NCBI GenBank assembly: GCA_018062765.1
Contig: JAGORR010000001.1
Coordinates: 78,638 to 142,637 of the forward strand
From: Minisyncoccota bacterium
GTDB taxonomy: Bacteria; Patescibacteriota; Minisyncoccia; Phycocordibacterales; Phycocordibacteraceae
Direction of reading: 5' to 3'
DNA: 64,000 nt
Below the pieces are notes generated by a model. That model searched no databases and had not been told where the DNA came from. It worked only from the letters and a program-made list of their open reading frames with translations. This document shows positions 8,939 through 18,182 of the stretch, piece after piece. Position 1 is the first letter of the stretch. Each line of letters begins with the position of its first letter. Position numbers and translations under genes: made by a program.

Positions 8939-10390
8939 TTAGCTTGTCGGGGTGCAGCGCAGGGAGGAGGTGCGCAGTTCCATATATAAGGAGGCTGGCG
9001 TGCCCTCTTCAGCTGCAAGTACCCCTGCTTCAGCAACCTCTGTGACAGAAGGGGTCGCAGGATTTGTCATGAGTGCTTGGAAGTCCTGGGCGACCGTTGC
9101 GACAGCGGTGGGATTCGCGCTCGTACGTGCCTCTAGGATTTCTGTGGTGATTGCCTGTAGCGCAGCGAGCGAGACGCCGACGCGCGCGAGTGCTGCATCC
9201 GCACGTGCTTTTGCGTCCGTTGCGCGCGCCTTCTCCTCATCCGTAGATTCATCGCAAGTAAGCGTTGACGATGCTACCGCCTCTATTTTCTGCCAATCCG
9301 TCTGATACGAAGCAAGGAGGGTTACTTGTCCCTGGATACCGCTTACAAGAAGCTCGTCGACAGATCCCCCGATAGGCGTTGTGGGAGGGGTGACCGGTGT
9401 CGGCGTCCCCGGTCTGTCTATATATCCTGAGCCGCCAGAGGATCGTGAGCCAATAGAAGAAAGTCCCTGAAGCGCCTGGCTTACAAGTTGGCTAACGAGC
9501 GCGTTCACGATCTCGTTTATCTCGTCAGCGACCTGGAGGCGCTGCTGCCCACCTGCCAAGGTCTCATTGAGCTGTTTTTCGATGACGGAACCTGGCGTCT
9601 CGATGGGGGCGTCGGCGCAGAATTCTTCCCCACCCAGATTGACCGCCGGCACAGGCGCGTTAATGCGGCCATCAGCGCCTGTTGTTGTCTGTCGGTCCCT
9701 GCACTCGCCGCGCCAAGACAGAAATCCGTTACCCCATCCGAGCTCCGTTATCCGCTTGTTAAGAGACGCTTCGATGCGGCGATTGAGCTCTTCTTTGGCA
9801 TTTAGATATGCGCCATGTGGGTTGTTTGCGCGATCTCCCGTGAGTGCGAACCACCCGTCCCAGCCGCCTTCGCTAAACCGACCGCGAGTGAACTCAAGAT
9901 CGTTCTCCACAGTGTCGCGAAGGGTGTACAGCTGCTCACGAAGGAACGCGTCGCCATTAGTCGAAAGGTAGTATCCGTACGCAACCGCCTCGACGGTACC
10001 CGAGAGCGGCGTGTCCATCATCTGATCGGCGAGCTGCCCGATGAATTCTGCGGCTACCGCGTCAGCGACCCCGCGCAGGTTCTGATTAAGGTCCTGGACG
10101 AAAGCCGGAGAGCCCTCGAAACCAGAGTTTATCCAATTGACGACGCTCCGCGACATCGACTCAAGGACGGTGTTCGCAAGCTGCCAAGCGACGCCGTCGA
10201 GGACCTGGTCGATATTGAGTTCTGCAGCATTTGTACCGAGAATGGCGTTTGTCGTTGCAAGGACTGCTTTATCGAGAACGAGCTGAACACCAAATTGTGC
10301 TTCAGCGCGTTGCGGTATTGCAAAGAGCGGCAGGATGAGCGCCAGCGTGAGCGCGGATGCGGTAGAACGATACAGGAGTGTACGCATCAT
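8939..10390 (-). CDS. Secreted hypothetical protein (T4SS-like cluster).
   Basis: Signal peptide ending in the AEAQF motif. A 483-aa ORF that overlaps its upstream neighbour by 4 nt. Confidence 0.5.
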   Translation of the reverse strand: MMRTLLYRSTASALTLALILPLFAIPQRAEAQFGVQLVLDKAVLATTNAILGTNAAELNIDQVLDGVAWQLANTVLESMSRSVVNWINSGFEGSPAFVQDLNQNLRGVADAVAAEFIGQLADQMMDTPLSGTVEAVAYGYYLSTNGDAFLREQLYTLRDTVENDLEFTRGRFSEGGWDGWFALTGDRANNPHGAYLNAKEELNRRIEASLNKRITELGWGNGFLSWRGECRDRQTTTGADGRINAPVPAVNLGGEEFCADAPIETPGSVIEKQLNETLAGGQQRLQVADEINEIVNALVSQLVSQALQGLSSIGSRSSGGSGYIDRPGTPTPVTPPTTPIGGSVDELLVSGIQGQVTLLASYQTDWQKIEAVASSTLTCDESTDEEKARATDAKARADAALARVGVSLAALQAITTEILEARTSANPTAVATVAQDFQALMTNPATPSVTEVAEAGVLAAEEGTPASLYMELRTSSLRCTPTS

Positions 10391-11364
10391 AGGCTGGTTG
10401 CAGAAAGGAGTGCGTAGAACCCGGCGCCGGCACCCGTTCGCGCAGCACCCGTTGCGTCGTACGCTTTCTTCACGGCTTTGAAGCCATCGATCATGCTGCG
10501 CGCATCCTTCTCATAATTTCCAAACCCAATCATCGCGCGCACAGGATCATCAGTGAGTGAAGCCATGTCCCCAATCGTCGCTCCGAGCCGTGCGATTGCG
10601 TTCGTAAGTGACTGATGTGCGCTCGTAAGTGCTATTGGCGCAGCGACCCCTCGGAGGCCTTCTGCTATCGCAACGTAATGGTCTCCTATCCGCTTTACCT
10701 GTGCGAGCGCATTCGTATCGCTCTTGAGCACTGCGTCGCTGAAATACGTAAGCTCGCTTTCCGGGAGCGAGAGCGCGTTCTTGGCAAATGCCTGCTCAGC
10801 CCCTGCAAGGTATGAGCTAGGGGTCGCTCCCTCGCTCGCTACGAAGTCGGCAACGACGTATGCGTCATCACGCGTCGCTTCGCGGCGGATTTCGTCAACC
10901 GCGCTTACGACGAACGAGCGCAGTGCCTCAGCGGTGAGTTTCTCCCCTCCCCCGGTAGTGACGTACGTCTCGAAGAACGTGAGCGCGAATTTCTCGGTGA
11001 GGGAACCTGGTGCCGGAGTTACCCCTGGCATGCTTGCGATGATGTCGCTTCCTATAGTGCCTTCGGGCGCCTCAATCGTGGGGCGCACGAGGCCCTGGGC
11101 AAGCGCCTCGCTATCCTTGATGTCGCTCCGTACCGAAGTAGCGTCCTCCGGGTCCATCCCATACAGGAGCTCCTGCCAGTCTGGAACGCCATCGGCATCC
11201 GTATCCTTCGCGGCGTATTCTTTAAGCACCTCCTCGGTCTCCTCTGCAGATAGCGTTGGCGTTGGTGGAGCGCCGTTTTGTATGTAGTAGGCGCCTCCGA
11301 TGAGCACAATCGCGATGAGCGATGCTCCTCCTACTATCCAGTGCGTTCGTGTGACAGCAATCAC
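10387..11364 (-). CDS. Membrane-anchored protein with an EF-hand-like Ca-binding loop. First gene of the T4SS-like operon.
   Basis: N-terminal TM segment (IVGGASLIAIVLIGGAYYI) and a DTDADGVPDWQE loop. Confidence 0.5.
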   Translation of the reverse strand: MIAVTRTHWIVGGASLIAIVLIGGAYYIQNGAPPTPTLSAEETEEVLKEYAAKDTDADGVPDWQELLYGMDPEDATSVRSDIKDSEALAQGLVRPTIEAPEGTIGSDIIASMPGVTPAPGSLTEKFALTFFETYVTTGGGEKLTAEALRSFVVSAVDEIRREATRDDAYVVADFVASEGATPSSYLAGAEQAFAKNALSLPESELTYFSDAVLKSDTNALAQVKRIGDHYVAIAEGLRGVAAPIALTSAHQSLTNAIARLGATIGDMASLTDDPVRAMIGFGNYEKDARSMIDGFKAVKKAYDATGAARTGAGAGFYALLSATSL

Positions 11365-11420
11365 GGCAGTTTCGCATTAATAGTATCACCGAAATCTCAC
11401 CATCCCCCCGAGAGCGGTGG

Positions 11421-12218
11421 CTACCGTTGTGAACTGCTTGCCGAATCGGTGAGCGCGCGAGCAAGATTCTTCCACGTATCGATGGAAAGCTCCTCGGCGC
11501 GGGCGTTTGGAGATATGGAAAGTGCAGTAAATGCTTGTAAGACGCTATCGGGTGGCAGGAGATCCTCGAGATTCTTTGCAAGCCTTTTGCGTTTATGTGC
11601 GAACCCGGTCCGCAAGACTTCAAAGAACGCCTTTTCTTCCTGAAGCGAGGCAAAGGGGCTCCTGATGTCCTTGATGTGGAGTACTGCGGAGTCAATGTTC
11701 GGTGCCGGAAGAAACGCGCCGCGCGGTACGGTGAAAAGATAGGAGGGCTCTCCGAAGGCGCGCACGGCGATTGAGAGAATGCTTCCCTTTTTGTCTCGGG
11801 CGACGCGCTCTGCGACCTCTTTCTGTACCAGGATGGTTACCGAAGCTGGCTTCGCTTGGGCTGAGAGGAATGTGCGGATAATCTCACCGGTGAGGTAGTA
11901 CGGAATATTGGCGACCAGGTGGTAGCGGTCATGGAGCGCGCTTGGTCCGAATTCTCGGATATCCGCATTGATGAGCTCGAGCCGTCGACCTTTGATTTCC
12001 CCGGCAAAACGCTCCGCGAGCGCCGGGATGAGCTCGCGATCTGCCTCGACCGCGATAACCTTCTTGGCGCGCGCCAAAAGCGGCGCGGTCAGCATGCCGG
12101 TCCCGGGACCTATCTCAAGTACGACATCATCCGCTCCTACGCCGGACTCGATAGCGATATGCTCCGCTATCTTCGCGTGCATGAGAAAGTTCTGCCCGAG
12201 TGATTTCTTAGCTTGCAT
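11421..12218 (-). CDS. rsmA: 16S rRNA (adenine1518/1519-N6) dimethyltransferase RsmA/KsgA.
   Basis: KKSLGQNFL N-terminus and LEIGPGTGMLT SAM motif. The start is trimmed from the ORF-track 12344 to the ATG at 12218. Confidence 0.85.
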   Translation of the reverse strand: MQAKKSLGQNFLMHAKIAEHIAIESGVGADDVVLEIGPGTGMLTAPLLARAKKVIAVEADRELIPALAERFAGEIKGRRLELINADIREFGPSALHDRYHLVANIPYYLTGEIIRTFLSAQAKPASVTILVQKEVAERVARDKKGSILSIAVRAFGEPSYLFTVPRGAFLPAPNIDSAVLHIKDIRSPFASLQEEKAFFEVLRTGFAHKRKRLAKNLEDLLPPDSVLQAFTALSISPNARAEELSIDTWKNLARALTDSASSSQR

Positions 12219-12222
12219 ACGG

Positions 12223-14157
12223 TTAGTGTATCTGCGGCAGACCATCATGTTCGCCAATCTCCGCGACAGTGAGCGAAGGATCGATTTCCGATAGGAATTG
12301 CGACGGCTCCGAAAGGAAGTCCGTTCCATAGATACGGCGTACATGTGCGAGCGTGAGGATCAGGGTCTTTCGTGCGCGCGTCATGGCAACGTAGAAGAGG
12401 CGGCGCTCCTCCTCCTCATCGCGATCGTTATCATCGCCACCCTCATGCGGAAACAATCCCTGCTCGAGCCCTGAGACGTAGACGGTATCGAATTCGAGTC
12501 CCTTAGCCGCGTGCACCGTCATCAGAGTGACGCCGTTCTTCTTTACTTCCTCGCGCGGCCTATCGATCTCGTCCTGGTCGCCTGAGAGCGCCGCGTCTGC
12601 GAGGAATGCGCATATCCCTTCTTCGCCTGGGGTTGCGTCGAACCGGCTTGCGAAGGTCGCAAGCTCCTTCGCGTTCTCAATGCGCTCTTCGCCTTCCTCC
12701 CCGCCTTTCTCTAAGGAACTCATGAGACCGCTTTTCTCGATGACGAGCTTTACGAAAGCAGAGGGAGCAAGTTCTTTTGACGCCCTGTGGAGCGTTTCGA
12801 TGAGGGCATCAAACGCAGCGATTTTCGTGCGATCCGCGGCACGTAACTCCGCAGTTTTTCCGGCCATGATCTTCCCTACCGTAGTCTTTCCGATGCCGCG
12901 TGCAGGCGCCTGCATAGCGCGGAGCCGGTCAGACTCGCGTGTGGGGTCAAGCGCGGCGCGCATCCACGCGACCGCGTCTTTAATCTCCTTGCGGTCGAAG
13001 AAGCGGATGCCCAATAGTCGGTACGGTACGCCGTAGCGCAGGAACGCTTCCTCTAGGGCACGTGACTGGAAATTCGTCCGATATAGAACGGCGATGCTTT
13101 CCGGCTCATCCCCGCGTAGGACGCGTTTCTTCGTGTCGGATGCTATCCACGCAGCCTCGCCCTCAGCGTTCGCGGCGAGGTGTATGTGTATCGGCTCTCC
13201 GTCGTCGTTCGTCGTAACCGAACGCTTCTCCTTGCGATTCCGGTTCTTCTCGATGACCTGGTTTGCAGCTGCAACGATGGTTCCCGTCGAGCGGTAGTTT
13301 TCTTCAAGGATGACGGTTTTCGCGTCGGGATACGTGCGATCAAATTCAAGGAGGTTCTCGATAGTAGCGCCACGCCAGGTGTAGATGGTCTGATCGATAT
13401 CGCCGACCACAAACAGGTTGCGGTGCTTGCCCGAAAGCAGGTTCGCGAGCCTTCCCTGGAGTTCGTTGGTGTCCTGGTACTCGTCGATATGCACGTGCGA
13501 GAAGCGCGACTGCATCGCGTCGAGCGCTTCAGGGTGTTCTTCTAGGAGGCGAAGTGGAAGCAGAATCAGGTCATCGAAATCGAGCGCCTTTGCTTCCTTC
13601 AAGGAGCGCTCGTACTTAAGCCATGCTTCCGCGACGATGCGCGTCCGGAAGCTTTCGCGTGCATGGCGCGCATGGAACTCATCCGAACGCATTCCTGCCC
13701 CCTTTGCTTTACTGATACGCCCGAGAACGGTGCGCGGCGGCACCTCCTTGGGGTCAACATCAAGCGCCTTCAAGGCCTCCTTTATCGCACGTTCGGAATC
13801 ATCGCGATCGAATATAGAAAAGTAGCGGGGAACGCCGATAAAGCGCCCATGGGTCTCAAGTATCTCGCGTCCGAGTCCGTGGAAAGTCGCAATGAATGGA
13901 AGGTCTCGTCTGCGGCGGGTGTCGCCGGTCTCTCCGAGAAGCGTGGCGAGCCGTTCACGCATCTCACGGGCTGCCTTATTGGTGAATGTTACGGCGAGGA
14001 TTTTCTCAGGAGGCGTCCCTTCGCGGATGAGGTGGTAGATGCGACTCGTGAGTACCCGGGTTTTCCCTGAGCCTGCCCCTGCGAGTACCGAGATAGGGCC
14101 TTGGGTCGTAAGCACAGCCTCCTTTTGTCTTTCATTGAGGCCGTGGAGGTACTCCAT
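12223..14157 (-). CDS. uvrD: UvrD/PcrA-family DNA helicase.
   Basis: N-terminal LNERQKEAV...AGAGSGKTRVLT Walker A and the full helicase motifs. Confidence 0.9.
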   Translation of the reverse strand: MEYLHGLNERQKEAVLTTQGPISVLAGAGSGKTRVLTSRIYHLIREGTPPEKILAVTFTNKAAREMRERLATLLGETGDTRRRRDLPFIATFHGLGREILETHGRFIGVPRYFSIFDRDDSERAIKEALKALDVDPKEVPPRTVLGRISKAKGAGMRSDEFHARHARESFRTRIVAEAWLKYERSLKEAKALDFDDLILLPLRLLEEHPEALDAMQSRFSHVHIDEYQDTNELQGRLANLLSGKHRNLFVVGDIDQTIYTWRGATIENLLEFDRTYPDAKTVILEENYRSTGTIVAAANQVIEKNRNRKEKRSVTTNDDGEPIHIHLAANAEGEAAWIASDTKKRVLRGDEPESIAVLYRTNFQSRALEEAFLRYGVPYRLLGIRFFDRKEIKDAVAWMRAALDPTRESDRLRAMQAPARGIGKTTVGKIMAGKTAELRAADRTKIAAFDALIETLHRASKELAPSAFVKLVIEKSGLMSSLEKGGEEGEERIENAKELATFASRFDATPGEEGICAFLADAALSGDQDEIDRPREEVKKNGVTLMTVHAAKGLEFDTVYVSGLEQGLFPHEGGDDNDRDEEEERRLFYVAMTRARKTLILTLAHVRRIYGTDFLSEPSQFLSEIDPSLTVAEIGEHDGLPQIH

Positions 14158-14475
14158 ATAAGGAGTATAGCCAAAAACGGCCTTATTACTACGTTTTTTC
14201 GCTTTCTTGCCTGTAATACCCTGCAGATATGCGGTTTCTCTAGCTTTTCAACAGGGCTCCTTTCACTACATTGACCTCATATTCTCTTCACGGTACCCTA
14301 GTCAGGTTGGTTGCTACGGATGCACGAAAAGATACGGCTTAGGTAAGCCATATCCTGAACACGGAAGGTACGGAAGACATTCCCGAAACACCCTATCGCC
14401 TTTGATTTACAGACCTCCGAGTCTACCGCTTCGGCGGAGAATCGGAATACATACCTTGTTCTGGGTGCTATCCCT

Positions 14476-15522
14476 GTGGCCGCGGTTGCCCTTAGCATCG
14501 TGGCTTTTGCCATACCTCGTGAAGTAGTCGCTTTTTGGCCGTTCGCGCCGTTCACCCGTTCTGCCGAGGCCCAAGTCCCTTTGGTCGCGCCCGATCCATC
14601 CCTCCGCCTTCTTGCGGCAGCGACGAACACTGACCCTAACCCTGAAAAGGGTGGCTGCGCGCTCCCAACCACCGAGGGTTCTGCGCTTACTGGAGCGTCA
14701 TGCCCTGATACCGCTTATATCGAGGCTGCAAACTCGGGTGGCAGTATCTCTTTGTACGAAGTCCACGAGGGCGATACGCTTTCTGATATTGCGGAGATGT
14801 TCGATGTTTCGGGGAACACCATACTTTGGGCGAATGATCTCAAGAGCTCGAAGGACATCCATCCGGGTCAGACACTGGTCATCCTTCCTGTGACCGGGAT
14901 TCGCCACAAGGTGCTTGCGGGCGAGACACTCGCGTCCCTCGCAAAAACCTACGGTGGCGACGCGGATGAGATCGCTTCGTATAATGGCCTCCACAGTGCA
15001 GAAGCCCTCATCAAGGGTTCCGTAGTCATCATTCCCGGTGGCGAAATCAAGGTCGCGGCGAAGCCAGTAGCTAAGTCCGGCGTGAAGCAGGGCGGCAGCA
15101 TCGCGTCGATAAGCGGCAAGGGTGGAGGCGCGGCGATACCTGGGTACTACGGGAATCCGGTTCCGGGCGCCATTGTCACGCAGGGCGTTCACGGATGGAA
15201 TGGCGTCGACCTCGGTGCCCCTGCGGGTACCTCCGTTTATGCGGCTGCCGGCGGTACCGTCATCATTTCGAAAGCGAATGGCGCGTGGAATGGAGGCTAC
15301 GGGAATTACGTGGTTATCGATCACGGCAACGGGACGCAGACGCTCTACTCCCACCTCTCGTCGGTTGCGCTCTCGGTTGGAAGCTCGGTCGCCAAGGGAG
15401 CTCTGGTTGGTGGCGTGGGACGCACAGGAGAAGCGACTGGCAACCATCTTCACTTTGAAGTTCGCGGCGCAAAGAATCCTCTTTCAGGCTGCGTTACCGG
15501 AAAGACCTGCTCCGCGCAGTAA
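14476..15522 (+). CDS. Secreted M23 peptidase with two LysM domains.
   Basis: Signal peptide, LysM repeats (YEVHEGDTLSDIA, HKVLAGETLASLA) and an M23 catalytic region (HGNGTQTLYSHLS...GNHLHFEV). Confidence 0.85.
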   Translation: MAAVALSIVAFAIPREVVAFWPFAPFTRSAEAQVPLVAPDPSLRLLAAATNTDPNPEKGGCALPTTEGSALTGASCPDTAYIEAANSGGSISLYEVHEGDTLSDIAEMFDVSGNTILWANDLKSSKDIHPGQTLVILPVTGIRHKVLAGETLASLAKTYGGDADEIASYNGLHSAEALIKGSVVIIPGGEIKVAAKPVAKSGVKQGGSIASISGKGGGAAIPGYYGNPVPGAIVTQGVHGWNGVDLGAPAGTSVYAAAGGTVIISKANGAWNGGYGNYVVIDHGNGTQTLYSHLSSVALSVGSSVAKGALVGGVGRTGEATGNHLHFEVRGAKNPLSGCVTGKTCSAQ

Positions 15523-15537
15523 CCGTTGCTTACGGGA

Positions 15538-15566
15538 AAAAGCCCCGGGCTGCGGGGCTTTTTTAT
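15538..15566. terminator. Bidirectional rho-independent terminator (AGCCCCGGGCTGCGGGGCT followed by a T-run).
   Basis: GC-rich hairpin flanked by an A-run and a T-run, between the convergent peptidase and comM genes. Confidence 0.6.
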
Positions 15567-17173
15567 TCAAATCCAAAAAGTCCGCGTGGTCGGTATTGCA
15601 ACGCTTCGTGGACGTGTTGGGGTAAGACTTCATCGCAGTCCTCTAGGTCTGCGATGGTGCGGGCCACACGCATGACGCGGTGATAGGCACGTGGTGAAAG
15701 GTCGAGCCGTGTGGCGGCGGTAAGAAGAGTTTCTCTCGCCTCAGTCGTGAAATGCGCGGCTTCAATCTCCTTGCCGGAGAGGCGTCCGTTTGCTACCTCC
15801 TTCCCACTCCTCTCTTTTGCGCGCGTTCTGGCACTAATGACACGCTTGCGCACTGCTTCCGAAGACTCCCCTTCTGAAAGCTGCGCGAGCTTCTCGTGGG
15901 CGATGTGCGGTACTTCAACCCAGAGGTCAAGACGGTCGACGATAGGCCGCGAAACCTTCCGTGCTTGCTTGCGGGCCTGCCGCACCGCTTCCTCGGCGTG
16001 CGCGGATAGCGTATCTGCGGGATTCATAGCGGCAACGAGCATGCAGTCGGCAGGAAATGTGACAGTAGCGCGAGCGCGCGAAACGGTGATTACTCGATCT
16101 TCGAGTGGCTGACGCAAAGACTCGAGGACACGTGACTCGAACTCGACGAACTCATCGAGGAAGAGAACGCCCTTATGTGCAAGCGTGATTTCTCCGGGGC
16201 GTGGGATTACTCCTCCTCCAACGACTGCCGCATGCGACGTCGTATGATGCGGCGAGCGAAACGGCGGCCAATCGACGGCGTAGTCATCATGCATGACGCC
16301 TGCTGACGAATGTATTGCAGTGACTTCGAGCACCTCATCAGGAGAAAGGGGCGGCAGGATGCCAGAGAGTGCGCGTGCGAGCATTGTCTTTCCCGTTCCT
16401 GGCGGGCCGTATAGGACGAGATTATGACGTCCAGCTGCCGCTATTTCCAAGGCGCGCTTCGCGCTCTCTTGACCCCGTACATCCGTAAGATCGACTGCAG
16501 GTGGTGCGATTTTTCTACGCACTTCCCGCGGCTTGGCTGCGAGTTTCTCTGTACCGGAAAGATGCGCGACGAGCGCCTTAAGAGACTCTGGTGCGTACAC
16601 TTTGATACCTTCGGCGAGTAAGGCCTCCTTCGCGTTACCCGGTGGAACATACGCGCAAGTAAATCCCGCGCGTTTGGCAGCCATCACTTGGGAGAGGATA
16701 CCGCGCACAGGTTTCAAGGTGCCGTCGAGTGCAAGTTCACCCGAGAATAAGCACCGTGTGTCAGTCGAGGGAAGTGCATTTGTTGCGACCAGGTAGCAGA
16801 CCGCGAGCGCAAGATCGTAGTGCGAGCCCTCCTTCTTGAGGTCTGCAGGGGAGAGTGAGAGAACGATTTTCTTATTCTCTGCCTTCGGGGATTTGATACC
16901 AGCGTGTCGTATCGCCGCGGCGATACGATCGCGTGACTCCTCGACCGCTTTATCGGGTAGGCCGACTATCGTAAACGCATGGAGTCCGCGCGTTACATCA
17001 GCCTCGACCGCGACGACTTCCCCACCGCCTGCGATAGGTTGGGAAGCGTGTACGCGAGCGTACCCGCTTCCCGTCTCGTCCCTCTTTTTCGGCGCGGCGC
17101 CGAGCGTGAGCGCGTCCTTTGCCACTTCCGCTATTGTACGACCGCGCGTACGCGCGGCGATGAGAATCCACAC
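15563..17173 (-). CDS. comM: Mg-chelatase-like AAA ATPase ComM/YifB.
   Basis: [16 protein letters not shown] Walker A. The C-terminal MCM/chelatase-like region is present. The true start may be internal. Confidence 0.8.
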   Translation of the reverse strand: MWILIAARTRGRTIAEVAKDALTLGAAPKKRDETGSGYARVHASQPIAGGGEVVAVEADVTRGLHAFTIVGLPDKAVEESRDRIAAAIRHAGIKSPKAENKKIVLSLSPADLKKEGSHYDLALAVCYLVATNALPSTDTRCLFSGELALDGTLKPVRGILSQVMAAKRAGFTCAYVPPGNAKEALLAEGIKVYAPESLKALVAHLSGTEKLAAKPREVRRKIAPPAVDLTDVRGQESAKRALEIAAAGRHNLVLYGPPGTGKTMLARALSGILPPLSPDEVLEVTAIHSSAGVMHDDYAVDWPPFRSPHHTTSHAAVVGGGVIPRPGEITLAHKGVLFLDEFVEFESRVLESLRQPLEDRVITVSRARATVTFPADCMLVAAMNPADTLSAHAEEAVRQARKQARKVSRPIVDRLDLWVEVPHIAHEKLAQLSEGESSEAVRKRVISARTRAKERSGKEVANGRLSGKEIEAAHFTTEARETLLTAATRLDLSPRAYHRVMRVARTIADLEDCDEVLPQHVHEALQYRPRGLFGFE

Positions 17174-17236
17174 GACCCGCTCGATACGGCTCGAGCTGGT
17201 GCTATAGTGCGGTCACGTGCGAATTAACTCATCCTT

Positions 17237-17755
17237 ATGAAAGCCATACAGAATATCGCCGCTTACCTCTTTATCGCCGCCGTTGCGGTCCTATCTATCG
17301 TCTCCATACTTGGTGTATGGGAAGTGGTTGAGGACGACATGATCGAGAAGTCGTTCCTTACGATTGGGCTCCTCGGTGTTGTCGCCATCGTGGTCATTGC
17401 TGCAGGCCGCTTTATCGATACAACGCCTATGGACGACATGAACAGTCTCGCGTGGGTTGCCGCGTTCAAATCGATACGGCACGTAACCCTAGGCTCTCTT
17501 ATCGTCTCGGCCGTTCTTCTCGCCTTCCTTGGCGTGCTTGCGATATGGGAAGTCATCGCTGACATGGAGGTCCTTATGCGCTCCATGGGAACGCTCGCCG
17601 TCATCGGCTTCGCGTCCCTCATCATCGTCATGGTCTGTCTTGAGCGTGAGAATCGCTCGGCAAAGCCTGGAGAAGCGGTGCGTATGTCCGCCGGTACCAT
17701 CGTGCTTGGCATCATCGGCGCATTTATTCTGTTCGCATTCCTCTCCGCGCTCTAA
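17237..17755 (+). CDS. Integral membrane protein (4-5 TM), hypothetical.
   Basis: ORF dominated by hydrophobic helices. Confidence 0.45.
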   Translation: MKAIQNIAAYLFIAAVAVLSIVSILGVWEVVEDDMIEKSFLTIGLLGVVAIVVIAAGRFIDTTPMDDMNSLAWVAAFKSIRHVTLGSLIVSAVLLAFLGVLAIWEVIADMEVLMRSMGTLAVIGFASLIIVMVCLERENRSAKPGEAVRMSAGTIVLGIIGAFILFAFLSAL

Positions 17756-17770
17756 TTGAGGCACAAAAGA

Positions 17771-17808
17771 AAAACCCGGAGCCAAAGGCTCCGGGTTTTT
17801 CTTTTTTC
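17771..17808. terminator. Bidirectional rho-independent terminator (CCCGGAGCC aaa GGCTCCGGG flanked by A-run and T-run).
   Basis: Perfect 9-bp stem with U tracts on both strands. Confidence 0.6.
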
Positions 17809-17810
17809 GC

Positions 17811-18161
17811 TTACGAAAGGTGCGCGGTACAAGTCGTTGCTGCGGGGTCTGCTTCAAGCCGTTCCGGCTCTATCGCCTCTCCCCCGATCGCGCAGGTGCC
17901 ATAGGTACCAGCCTCGATGCGCGTGAGTGCTGCATTTACCGCCCGGTAGCGTATCTCAAGGTCCTCGAGTATCGCTGCGTTCTCGCTATACCCTTCCATC
18001 TGGTCCGCAGTGATATTAGGGTCCGCTTCAAGTCCCGTATCCTGCGGCTTTGGCTCCCAATCAACATTAGAGTTCGGGTTCCTGTTCCCTATTGAGGCCA
18101 GTTCAGTCTCGAGCTTCGCTGCCTCTTCCGTAAGTCGTGCCTTGTATGCTTCAGTTTCCAT
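17811..18161 (-). CDS. DksA/TraR-family C4 zinc-finger protein.
   Basis: C-terminal GTYGTCAIGGEAIEPERLEADPAATTCTAH carries the CxxC-17-CxxC spacing typical of the DksA/TraR/YteA family. Confidence 0.6.
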   Translation of the reverse strand: METEAYKARLTEEAAKLETELASIGNRNPNSNVDWEPKPQDTGLEADPNITADQMEGYSENAAILEDLEIRYRAVNAALTRIEAGTYGTCAIGGEAIEPERLEADPAATTCTAHLS

Positions 18162-18182
18162 GCAGCGATACTAGCACACGCG

